Source: Isurus oxyrinchus (lineage: Eukaryota). Taken from it: a DNA stretch of 64,000 bases. The stretch spans positions 2,294,001-2,358,000 of the forward strand of contig JANJGN010000002.1 in the NCBI GenBank assembly GCA_026770705.1, read 5' to 3'. A model generated the notes under the pieces. It was not told where the DNA came from and did not search any database. It saw nothing but the letters and a program-made list of their open reading frames with translations. A program made the position numbers and the translations under genes. Below are positions 1-12,700 of the stretch, piece by piece (position 1 is the first letter of the stretch; each line of letters opens with the position of its first letter).

Positions 1-172
1 AGAGTTGGAGGAGCGCTGAGATTTCAGAGAGTTGCAGATTTGGAGGAGTGCTGAGATTTCGGAGACTTGCAGAGTTGGAAGAGAGCTGAGATTTCGAAGG
101 GTTACATTTTTGGAGGAACGCTAAGATTTCAGAGGGTTGCAGAGTTGGAGGAGTGCTGAGATTTCAGAGTGC
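1..172. repeat. Degenerate 35-bp tandem repeat (about 5 copies, truncated by the window start)
   Basis: AGAGTTGGAGGAGYGCTGAGATTTCAGAGRGTTGC units start at 1, 36, 71, 106, 141. Confidence 0.85.
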
Positions 173-536
173 TGAGGTGTAGCGTTGGAGGGGGTTAGAG
201 CAGTAGGAAGGGTCAGGATCATAAAGGAATTTAAAAACCAGGATGAGAATTTTAAATAATGCGTTTGTGAACCAGGAACCAGAGTAGGCCCCTGATCACA
301 GTGGGTGGATCACAGGTGGTGCAACTGATCACGGTGAGCGGTGGATGAAAAGGATGTGGTGGGAGCTAGCACAAGAGCTTGGGGATGAGTAAAAGTTTTT
401 GGAAGGTGGTTGATCAAGGGACATTCATGAGAATGTTGGAACTGTTGAGTCTGGAAGTAAAAAAGGCATGGGTCAGGTTTCAGCAGTGAGGTGATGGTCG
501 GCAATCTTTGTGATGGGAAGAAAAGGCGTCGGAAGC

Positions 537-770
537 TCAGTTTGGGATTGAATTGGATGCTGAGGTTAGGCCAGTTTGGTTAATGGAGCACAGTTTACCC
601 CCTTGCTGCCAGCTGACTCCTAGCAGAGCCTGGCTCTGCAAACTGTGGATGAGGGTCACTGCTGTACTGCTCAGGGCCAAATATTCAGAGGGTCTCTGAC
701 AGCAATCAATCCTCTGGATCCCCACTTTGTTGCTGACACAGGGCCAACTGCTCTCCTGGGATACGGCTCT
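537..770 (-). CDS. Candidate cytoplasmic exon 2 with ITIM-like SEYLAL
   Basis: Acceptor cccaaacag|AGA, phase 0, in frame with ORF 537..725. The polypyrimidine tract is weak, and a possible internal donor at 599 could link to exons outside the window. Confidence 0.45.
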   Translation of the reverse strand, partial: RAVSQESSWPCVSNKVGIQRIDCCQRPSEYLALSSTAVTLIHSLQSQALLGVSWQQGGKLCSINQTGLTSASNSIPN

Positions 771-3700
771 CTGTTTGGGAATGTGCGGAACTTCCAGTGG
801 GGACTAGTGTTGCCAACCCTTCAGGATTGGCCTGGAGCCTCCAGGGTTTGTAGCTCAATCTCCAGGACAGTGCTGTGTGGAGCCTGGAGCAAACTCAAAG
901 GGACATTATCAAAGAGTTCTTTATCATTGTCTTTGAACTTGTCTCTTTACCAGATGTAAACATATTGAAAATGGAGGGGGTGGGGGAGGGGTTATGGTTA
1001 AGGTCACACAACCAGGAAATAGGCATTATTGGGGGGAGGCCAAAGGTCAATAAAGTCACCACACAACATCTTCAATCATGAAACATATGAACATACAAGT
1101 TGGAAACAGGAGTAGGCCATTCGGCCCCTCAAGCCTGCTCTGCCATTCAATAAGATCATGGCTGACCTGAATGTAACTTCAACCCCACATTCCTGCCTAA
1201 CACCGATAACCTTTCACCCCCTTGTTAATCAAGAATCTATCTAGCTCTGCCTGAAAAATATTCAATGACTCCGCCTCCACCACCTTCTGAGGCAGAGAGT
1301 TCCAAAGTCACACAACCCTCTGAGAGGCAAAAATTCTCCTCATTCCTATCCTAAAAGGGCAATCCCTAATTTTAAAACAGTGCCCACTAGTTCTGGACTC
1401 ACCCACAAGAGGAAACATCCTTTCCACATCCACCTTGTCAAGGCCGTTCAGGACCTTGTAAACTTCAATCAAATCACCCCTCACTCTTCTAAACCCCAAG
1501 AGTGACAGAAGGCTGGAAATGGGATGGGCAATAAATGCTGGCCCAGCCAGCAAAGCCCACATCCCATGGATGAATGAAGAAGTGTCAGCCAATTCCACTC
1601 ACCTCTGTGTTTCTAAAAGGAGAAATATTTGCGTAATCTGGGATCAAGGCATTATCACCTGTATGAAGGGAACAAGCTGCAAAAGACAACATTGAGGGCA
1701 TCATTACTGAGGTTATTCTTATAAATGCTGCACCAAAAGATTCGAGGAACAATTGGAGGATAATAATGAACGTGTCCAATTTTCAATGGAATATCTGATT
1801 CTGGTGTTTAACATCATTTAATCTCAATTTATGGGTGCATTCAGTCCGGCTACTTTATTTCATGTTCATATAATTTCGGTGAAGTATTGATTTGAACCTT
1901 ACAGGACTGTCGCTTCCTCGTTCGAGCTGGGCAGACCCAGAAGAGAAGAACAGCTCCAACAATGAGCAAAGCTCCCAGCGCAGCCCCCACACTGATCCAG
2001 ACAACCTTCAGCTCCCCAACCATTCGCGTGTTTGAAACTGTAACACAGAGAGGGTCGTGTCAGGGACCAGACTCACAGAATAAGGCATTTCAAATATTGG
2101 ATATTTTCCAGTCCTATTGCACAACGTGACATCCGATGCAGATCAGTGTTATTACAATGTAAAGTGGGCTTACTGGTTATATTCAGCCATGTTCCATTCC
2201 CACTGATATCTCCCCACACTTTGCAATAATAGACGGCAGTGTCACTGGGCTGGACGTTGGTGATTGTCAGAATGAAGCTGTTATTGGAGGTGTCTCTGAA
2301 AGGCTGGAAACGCTCAGTGAAACCTGGACTCCGTTGTGTCTTGTTCTTTATATAATGCGTTAAAACCCACTCCATATCTTTCCCTGGTAGCTCCCGGTAC
2401 CAGTGAACATCGGTGTCTCTCAGTGCGGCTTTCCTCATGGTGCACTGTAACTGTGCAGTGTGACCCTCTGTGACACGTTCCAGACTCGGAGACTGGATAA
2501 GGACTGGAGCATGTGCACCTTCAAGGGAACAAGATCAATAATTTCAAAACCAGTCTGAAGGTTATAAAGTATTCCTGGTGTTTAAAGGGACAATCTAAGC
2601 AGCAGAAGTGAGGTGTTAAACAGAGATAGAGGATTATTACACTGAACTAGTTGTGATGGCTTGTTACTGATTCAGATCAACAACGACTTATATTTATATA
2701 GCACCTTTAACGAAATGAAGCATCCCAAGGTGCTTCACAGGAACATTGTAAACAGAGTGTGACACCCAAACACATCAGAGGATTTTAGATCATGTGACGA
2801 GGAGGCTTGGTCAAAGCGGTAGGTTTGAAGGAGTGTTTTAAAGGAGTAGAGACGCAGAGAGAGGCAGAGAGGTGTAGGGTGGGAATCCCAGAGCTTAGGA
2901 CCCAGGCCACTGAAGGCACAGCGACCAATAATGGAGCAATTTAAACTGGGATGCACAAGAGGTGAGAATTAGAGGAGCAGAAACATATCAGGGAGCAGTG
3001 GAACTGGAGGAAATGACAGGGACTGGGAGGGTCCAGGCCATGGAGGGATTTGAATAAAAGGATAAGAATTTTTAAATTTAAATTTTGCATGACTGAGAGT
3101 CAACGTAGGTCAGAGAGCACAGGGGTGATAGGGCAACGGGACATGCTGTAGGTCAGAGAGCACAGGGGTGATAGGGCAACGGGACATGCTGTAGGTCAGA
3201 GAGCACAGGGGTGATAGGGCAACGGGACATGCTGTAGGTCAGAGAGCACAGGGGTGATAGGGCAACGGGACATGCTGTAGGTCAGAGAGCACAGGGGTGA
3301 TAGGGCAACGGGACATGCTGTAGGTCAGAGAGCACAGGGGTGATAGGGCAACGGGACATGCTGTAGGTCAGAGAGCACAGGGGTGATAGGGCAACGGGAC
3401 ATGCTGTAGGTCAGAGAGCACAGGGGTGATAGGGCAACGGGACATGCTGTAGGTCAGAGAGCACAGGGGTGATAGGGCAACGGGACATGCTGTAGGTCAG
3501 AGAGCACAGGGGTGATAGGGCAACGGGACATGCTGTAGGTCAGAGAGCACAGGGGTGATAGGGCAACGGGACATGCTGTAGGTCAGAGAGCACAGGGGTG
3601 ATAGGGCAACGGGACATGCTGTAGGTCAGAGAGCACAGGGGTGATAGGGCAACGGGACATGCTGTAGGTCAGAGAGCACATGGGTGATAGGGCAACGGGA

Positions 3701-6700
3701 CATGCTGTAGGTTAGAGAGCACAGGGGTGATAGGGCAACGGGACATGCTGTAGGTTAGAGAGCACAGGGGTGATAGGGCAACGGGACATGCTGTAGGTCA
3801 GAGAGCACATGGGTGATAGGGCAACGGGACATGCTGCGAGTTAAGGCACCGGCACCAGAGTTTTAGATGACCTCCAGTTTACAGAGAGTAAAATGTGAGA
3901 TACCAGCCAGGAGAGCGGTTGAATAGTTACACCTAGAGGTAACAAAGGCACAAAATGAGCTGAGAAAGATTGAAGCTAGGCAATAATATAAAGGTGCAGA
4001 TAGGCAATATTAGCGATGGCATGAATATGAACATTTAGTAAGGTCCTGGAGTCACAGCATGCTGATATCAGCAGTACAAGTGTATTTATTATAGAATCAC
4101 AGCACAGGAAGAGGCCATTTGACTCATCACTGACTTTTTCCCAAACTTTAATCAATGAGCCCCACTTCTGCCTCCAGCCCCCACCAAGCTTTCACATAAT
4201 CAGCAGCTTTTCTCTGCAAGTACTTTTCCAATTCTCTTTTGAAAGTTATTATAGAATTTGCTTCCACCGCCCCTTCACACAGCTCGTTCCTGATCGCAAC
4301 AACTCCATGCATTAAAAACAGCTTCTTCCATTGGTCCACTTGCCAATTTTCTTAAACCTGCACCCTCTGGTCACCCTGCTGCCAGTTTCTCTTTATTTAC
4401 TCTTAACAAAACCCCTCATGATTTTGAAAACCTCGATTAATTCTCCTCTAACTACTCCGTTCTAAGGAGAACAACCCAAACTTCTCCATCAACTGAAGTT
4501 CCTCACCCGAAACATTCCAGTAAACCTTTTCACACTTTCTCCGAGGCCTTCACATCCTTCCTACAGTGTGGTGCTGAGAATTAGACAGAATAAGCCAGTT
4601 GAGGTTGAACAAGTGTTTGAAACAGGTTCATTATAACTATTCTATATATAAAGGGGGAGGCAGTGGCATTGTGGTATTGTCACTGGGCTAGTAATCCAGA
4701 GCAATGTTCTGGGGACCTGGGCTCAAATTCCACCAGAGCAGGTAGTGAAATTTAAATTCAATAAAAATCTGGATGACAACCATGGAAGTGATTGTTGTAA
4801 AAACCCATCTGCTTCACGAATGCCTTTTAGGGAAGGAAACCTGCTGTCCTGGACTGGATGTGACTCCAGAACCACAGCAATGTGGTTGATTCTGAAAGGC
4901 ACTCAGTTCTCTTAAGTTGGCAATCAGGGGATGGGCAATAAACAGACTGGGTCAAAATCCTGGAGCTCCCTCCCTAACAGCACTGTGGGTGTACCTACAC
5001 CACATGGACTGCAGCGGCTCAAGAAGGCAGCTCACCCCCACCTTCTCAAGGGCAATTAGGGATGGGCAATAAATGCTGGCCCAGCCAATGATGCCCACAT
5101 CCCTTGGGCAAATTTTAGTAAAGCCAAGGGTCCCATATTCTTTCTGAACAGTTTCTCTGTTATTTGATCAAAGGACCCTGCCATCTTTGTCAGGGTTAAT
5201 TTACTTTTAACAAATTTATGTGGGTTGTTAATTATTAACTTATGTTCTTCCAAGTGACACTTATTTTTGTCCTAGTTTATGGTGTCCAGGGTCGGATATA
5301 TCTGGGAGGCGTTGAGGGTTCAAGGGGATTGCTGGAAATGCCTGAACAACTGACTCTGAGGCCTAACCGGGCCTAGCAGCAGGACCTCATTAACATTGTC
5401 ATTCATATAAACGACATAGATGACTATATGGGGGGTAGGATTAGTAAGTGTGCGGATGACACAAAGATTGGCCGGGTGGTTAACAGTGAGGTTGAGTGTC
5501 TTGCGCTACAGGAAGATATAGACGGGATGGTCAAATGGGCAGATAAGTGGCAGATGGAATTTAACCCTGAAAAGTGTGAGGTGATACACTTTGGAAGGAG
5601 TAATTTGACAAGGAAGTATTCAAAGAACGGCATGGCACTAGGAACTTCTGAGGAACAAAGGGACCTTGGCGTGTGTATCCATAGATCTCTGAAGGCAGAG
5701 GGACATGTTAGTGGGGTGGTGAAAAAGGCATACGGGACACTGGCCTTTATCAATCGAGACATAGATTACAAAAGTAGGGAGGTCGTGTTGGAGTTGTATA
5801 GAACCTTGGTGAGGCCACAGCTGGAGTACTGTGTGCAGTTCTGGTCACCACATTATAGGAAGGATGTGATTGCACTGGAGGGGGTGCAGAGGAGATTCAC
5901 CAGAATGTTGCCTGGGATGAAACATTTAAGTTATGAAGAGAGGTTGGATAGACTCGGGTTGTTTTTGTTGGTGCAGAGAAGACTGAGGGGCAACCTGATC
6001 GAGGTGTACAAGATTATGAGGGGCATGGACAGGGTGGATAGGGAGCAGCTGTTCCCCTTAGTTGAAGGGTCAGTCACAAGGGGACATAAGTTCAAGGTGA
6101 GGGGCAGGAGGTTTAGGGGGGGATGTGAGGAAAAACCTTTTTACCCAGAGGGTGGTGATGGTCTGGAATGCGCTGCCTGGGAGGGTGGTGGAGGCGGGTT
6201 GCCTCACATCCTTTAAAAAGTACCTGGATGAGCACTTGGCACATCATAACATTCAAGGCTATGGGCCAAGTGCTGGTAAATGGGATTAGGTAGGTAGGTC
6301 AGGTGTTTCTCACGTGTCGGTGCAGACTCGATGGGCCGAAGGGCCTCTTCTGCACTGTGATTCTGTGATTGGTGCCTGCTTCCCATCTGGAGCTGCATAA
6401 AGAGATAGCCTGTCTTCCAGCTACCAGCCTGACAGATCTTAGAGACAGTCCCTGGAAATTGAGCGGGGAATGGCGAGACCGGGATTGGGAAGGGAATGGC
6501 GAGACCGGGATTGGGAAGGGAATGGTGAGACTGGGATTGGGAGGGGAATGGTGAGACTGGGATTGGGAGGGGAATGGCGAGAGTGGGATTGGGACGGGAA
6601 TGGCGAGAGTGGGATTGGGACGGGAATGGTGAGACTGGGATTGGGAGGGGAATGGCGAGACTGGGATTGGAGGGGAATGGCGAGAGTGGGATTGGGACGG

Positions 6701-9700
6701 GAATGGCGAGAGTGGGATTGGGACGGGAATGGCGAGACTGGGATTGGGAAGGGAATGGCGAGATCGGGATTGGGAGGGGAATGGTGAGACTGGGATTGGG
6801 AGGGGAATGGCGAGACCGGGATTGGGACGGGAATGGTGAGACCGGGATTGGGAGGGCTGAGGGGAGATTGACAATCAGGGGAAGGTCCGAGGTCGAAGCT
6901 GAGGTGTATTGGAGAGTTTCCTTCACACCACCTGGGGAAGTATTCCTCCACACCCTGACCCACAAGGAGTGCTGAAGAGGTCAGTATCCTGTGGAGTTGG
7001 ACATTCTGGGCTCCCTTTCCCTGACAAGTTTCCAGACACATGGGAAAACCATGCAGTGAACTGTAAATAAAAAATAGAAAACAGTGGAATTATTAACCCA
7101 GTCAGGCAGAATATACGGAGAGAGAAACAGAGTTAATGGGCTGAATTTTCTGTTCGTCGGGGTGGGTGGAGCTGACCCAATCTCCGGTGGGTGGGGAGCC
7201 AATCCCTGCCAGAGAAGCGGGCCCCGCTGCCATTTTACATGGGCGGGGCCAATTAAGGCCCACCCAGCGTGACAGCCGGCGGGAAGCGCTGTGCGCGCCC
7301 TGTGCAGGCGGGGGTGGGGTGGGGGGGGGAGTCCCCAAAAGCGAGAGTGTGCTCTGTCACACATGCAGACGGAAGAGCGCACATCTCCCTGAGGCTAAGT
7401 GCAGCCTCAGGTGGATCGCCTCGACTTTTAAAAATATTAAAAATAGAAAATAATAAATTCCCTTACATGTCCCCCTCATGTGACAATGTCACATGACTTG
7501 GGACATGTTTATAATTTGCATAATAACTTTATTACAATTTTTAAAACCCTACATGAAACTCCATCCCGCTGCTGGATGAGGTTTCATGTTTTCTCTAGTT
7601 CCCGCCGGGTCTCCTGGCGAACCCAACGACCTTAAGGTCGGACGGGCAGGTCCTTTAGTTGTTTTAATGATCCTTTTGATGGCCTCAATTGGCCATTGAC
7701 AGGTCGGTGGGTCCGCAGCTGATTTTGCTGGGTCCCCGCCTTCCTGGAATTTAAATGGGCGGAATAACGTCTGGGGTTCCGCCCAACATCTCGCATCATT
7801 TTACCCGTCGGCGAGTTTGCCCCGCCGGCAAAATTCTGCCCAATGTTCCAATTTGGTGACCCTTTGTCAATTAAAGATTGGGGTCTTTTCGATTGAAGTT
7901 AGCGCCCTGTCACACCCCTTTGGAAAGCTCAGACACCCTGTAATCCACACCTACACTTGTATGGTACGTTAGGCAGATGTGCAATGTATTTAACCCTTTA
8001 ACACACCTCTCCCCCTCATTGAGGATGGGTGAATATTGAAGTCTGGCTCTGATTTTACCCACGGTCCTCTGGTTATAACTCAGTTATGCAAACGGGACAA
8101 TTTATAAAGCATTTAGTCAAATGAATTGATTGTACGGAAACATTATTTGGAATAAAATCAATATAATGTAGAAAGTACTTACTGGTCACATTCAGCAGGG
8201 TTCCATTTCCAAAGATCCTTCCCCAAATCCCACAGATATAGACATTGGTGTCATTGAGCTGCACATCTCTGATAGTCAGAGTGTAGCCGTTATTAACAAC
8301 GTCTCTGGAAGGCTGAATCCGCTTAGAGAGTCCCTTTGACCGATAAACATCTCCAATTACAAAATGACTCAATATTATATGATTCTTATTTTGTGGATGG
8401 TACCAGTGAACAGTATATTTCTCCACAGTGTCATCTTCAATTCGGCTCTTCAAAGCACAATGTAGCTGCACTGTTTTACCCTCAGACACCTTCACAACCT
8501 CTGGGGACTGAATAAGGATTGGACCAGCCTCTAGACCTGTGAATAGAAAGTAATTGAGGTCAGAACCGACGATGCCTCGCAGAATATAATCACATTCCTG
8601 ACCAGGTCTCAGATGGAGTGAGGCTGGGATACAGGCTCTGAGTAAATAGCAGGGATGGGTTGAGGTTTGAAGCAGGTCTGATTGACACAAGCTGTGGTCT
8701 TATTGGATGGGTTCCTGCAGACTTCTGAGCTCAGAGCAGAGCAAGTTTGTTCAGGAGCAGAGTGTGTGATTTCCTCCAATTGGGCTAGAGCAAAAAATAT
8801 CATAAAGCATTTTGGACAGGAGGTGGTTAATTTTACCAAGAGCTTCACATACTTCATGCATTTTTATGTCAGTTACAGTTTAAGTTGTACAAGTGATTGG
8901 CTCACCTTTTGTTCCTTTCCAGGCTGGTTCCTGCAGTTATGAATTCTGGGATTGTCACTGGCAGGATTTTGGGGAAATGGAATTCTTCTTGTCCATGTTC
9001 CCAGCAAAGCCCATTCTCTGTCCTTCACTGGGATCCCCCCATTACTGATCCCACCTTCCCTCCATTGAGGCTGAGGAGATGGGCGATGGACCTCAACAGC
9101 TGGTGGGCTCCCAGGTTCTCAGCTAAATCTATGGAAACGGTGGAATTGGGGGGCAGGTGAGACAAACTGCTGGGGGATTGAGGGTGAGAATCCCCTGACT
9201 GGAGACAGGTGGTGGAGTGAGTCAATGGATTGTCACACAAAGCAGGGAGAGGTAAGTGATTTCCAAAGGTTGGCCAAGGATGGTCAAGGTACAGCCTCCA
9301 ACACATCGCATCCATCACTCACAGCTCCTTAGTTATCAACCTCCTTCCCTCTGGGTGCCAGAGGACCTCACATCGGACAACCAATGCAAAGACTCGAACA
9401 CCTTCTTTGTTCAAAATCACTCTGACAACTCACATTACCCGACACAAGACCCACCACTAGTCATCATGGCCACTTCATTCAAAAGGACAAGATATCTTCA
9501 CATCTCCTCACAGGATGAATGGGCTCATACAGGTCACATTATTCATGTCACTCACATGCCCTTAATGCTGCCCTCTCTTAACCCAAAGATCAAAATGACC
9601 AACAAAATGCAAGGAGATCCCGCCAGGCTAATCCAGCGCTTCATTCAGCTACTGGATATAACAAACCTTTTCTGTTGCAATGTTAATCAGGGGCATGGCA

Positions 9701-12700
9701 AATGATTTTGGAGACTGGAATGTGCTGAATCTTGGTTATCATGTGGCACAGCGCTGGGTTCCTCTTCATGTCCCCGTCTGAAGGTAGCTCCAACTGTCAG
9801 CACCACGACCTCCAACTCTCAGCGGCAAGACCCCCGCTCCCAGCACCCTGACCTCCACTCGCAGCACCAGGAACCCCACCACTGCTAGGGCAAGGAGGCA
9901 GCTCCTGAATCCACCCCAGCCAGAACAGGGATCAAACCCCATTGCCATGGACACCAAATAGTCCGAACTGCTGTGGCAACATCCACTTTTCCATGCATGG
10001 TGCAGTCTGGAGCTATGGTTAGTGATGGCAATTTTCTTTCCATCAAATGGCTGACCAGGGATCTCTCCCACTCTTACCACCTGCTATTGGTGTGTGTTGG
10101 AAAGGTTTACAGATTGATAATTGACCTGTTTGGCTGCATTAAGAATACACATTCCAAGCTCATCATGTCCTGGACTGGGACTCAAACCCAGAACTTCTGA
10201 CTCCGCTGGTTGGAGTCATACCTAGTACAAAGGAAGATGGTTGTGGTTGTTGGAGGTCAGTCATCTCAGCTCCAGGACATCACTGCAGGAGTTCCTCAGG
10301 GTAGTGTCCTCAGCCCAGCCATCTTCAGCTGCTTCATCAATGACCTTCCTTCCATCATAAGGTCAGAAGAGTGGGTGTTCGCAGATGATTTCACAATGTT
10401 ACGCATTAGTGACCCCTCAGATACTGAAGCAGTCCCTGTCCAAATGCAGCAAGACCTGGACAATATCCAGACTTGGGCTGACAAGTGGCAAGTAACATTC
10501 ACGTCACACAAGTGCCAGGCAATGACCATCTCCAACAACATCTAACCATCACTCCTTGATGTTCAATGGCATTGCCATCAATTAATCCCCAACTATCAAC
10601 ATCATGGGGGTTATCATTGATCAGGAACTGAACTGGACTAGCCATATAAATACTGTGGCTACAAGAGCAAGTCAGAGGCTAGGAATCCTGTGGCGAGTAA
10701 CTCACCTCCTGATTCCCCAGGAGGGAATATGTCCACCATCTACAAGGTACAAGTCAGGACTGTGATGGAATACTCCCCACTTGCCTGGATGAGCGCATCT
10801 CCCACTACACTCAAGAAACTTGACACCATCCAGGACAAAGCAGCCAGCTTGATTGGCACCACATCCACAAACATTCACTCTCTCCACCACCGACACACAG
10901 TAGCAGCAGTGTGTACCATCTACAAGACACACTGCAGAAACTCACCAAGGCTTCATAAACAGCACCTTCCAAACCCACGACCACTACCATCTAGAAGGAC
11001 AAGGACAGCAGACACATGGGAACACCACCACCTGGAAGTTCCCCTCCCAAGTCACTCACCATCCTGACTTGGAAATAAATCACCGTTCCTTCACTGTCAC
11101 TGGGTCAAAATCCTGGATCTCCCTCCCTAACAGCACTGTGGGTGTACCTACGCCACATGGACTGCAGTGGTTCAAGAAGGCAGCTCACCACCACCTTCTC
11201 AAGGGCAACTAGGGATGGGCAATAAATGCTGGCCCAGCCAGCGAAGCTCACATCGGGTGAACGAATAAAGATAAAGAGGCAGGAATGCTACCCACTGTTA
11301 CCACAAGACCTGCCACCTGCAGCTTTAACTAGCATTTAAACTGGGATTGAGAATTCCTATGGTCTGCTCTTTGATATATTGTGTAGTGACATGAGCTGTA
11401 AGGTGTTTGCACCAGATTCCCACCCAACCCCAAGCCTGCAGCTACCTCACTCGAGTCATGACCCTAAGGAGCAGCCTTCTGATGCCTCTATTGGTCAGGG
11501 AGGTCAAAGCTAGACATTCTGCATCTCAAAATCCAGCTGTCCAGCACTTGTTTTTTGGGGCTGGGGGAGTGGGGCATAACTGGCCTCTGAAGGCTCGAAC
11601 ACAGTGGTGCAGTGTTACAAACCGAATGCATGTGGCCCAGGATATTGGAAATGTTAAAAATATCTTCATGCTGTGCCCACACCAATAATGGGTGTAAGGC
11701 CCTTGGCATTCAGCAACACCAGGCCTACGGGTGAAGAGTGTTTTAAAGATATACTTACCTAGATATGGAACTGGGATTTCTACCCTGACCCCATACTAAA
11801 GGAACAAAGTCCACAGCCAGTTTTTGCCCTCTATCCATCGCTCCCTTCCCCTCCCACTCCTCAAATCATCAGGTCTCCCATCTCAACCCAACAGACCCAA
11901 CCCAGACTCCCATGATCCCCAACGTTCCTTCCCAAACCCATCCAACCTCTTGGATCACCCACATTCCTTCATCCCCTTCTCCACAAAAACCCCCAACTCC
12001 CTGCCCCCCCACCAGATCATCACCACTCCCCCAAACATCCCCCAGATCACCAACAATCCCCCACAGCCCTCCACAATTACCACCTCTCCCTTCAGATCAC
12101 TCTGAGCCCACAAAAAGCTCAGTATTGATCCCCGCACTGCACCACGCATCCTCAAACAGGCCCATTTGAATTTCTGGGCCTCTCATTCTGTAGACTGGTT
12201 ATCAGCATGTAGGATAGGATAATACTGACTGTGAGCATCTCCAATCTACCCTCTTGCCATATCCTCCTCCACAGCAAAATAGGATTCCCATTGGGAAGCT
12301 CATGTTGCCAATGCAAAGTGGATCAGTAAAACTAATCACAAAATTCCTGACTGAAGCACTGAGGTGCTAAGAATCCCAATATTCTGTCAAAGTCACTTCA
12401 ACCTTCAACCTCGGTGCATTAAGTGGCCTCGTCAATGCACTGCCCCACTCAGTAATCCCTTCTTCCATCTTCTACTGTCACTTACATAGCCGTGCAGGAA
12501 GTAAATACTGGGACAATCGGGAAAAGGGTTAGAGTTGACCTATTACCCTGAGACAGATTGGATTCTTGCTGGACATTTAAGAGGACTAACGGTTTTTGGG
12601 ATGATAATTCAGGATTCCCAACAGCAGATTTCAGCAAGATTCATCCTGGAAATGCACGGATCCTTTGGGAGCTCACCATCATCATCTCTGAATCAGTGGA

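Noticed and set aside
6213-7041. Proline/serine-rich ORFs
   Set aside because: Translations of the 26-bp G-rich minisatellite.
8424-8430. CACAGTG heptamer in V1 (also CACTGTG at 13119-13125) as an RSS
   Set aside because: They lie inside coding sequence with no ACAAAAACC-like nonamer at 12- or 23-bp spacing.
2174-8536. Rearranging Ig light-chain or TCR V segments
   Set aside because: J-like strands are already within the V exons, no RSS follows them, no C1 exon was found, and the V2 exon splices directly to a TM exon.
1903-8536. Naming the receptor CD8, CD4, NKp30 or PD-1
   Set aside because: There is no CD8 hinge or CxC motif, no charged TM residue, and two V domains rather than one, so no symbol is justified without a search.
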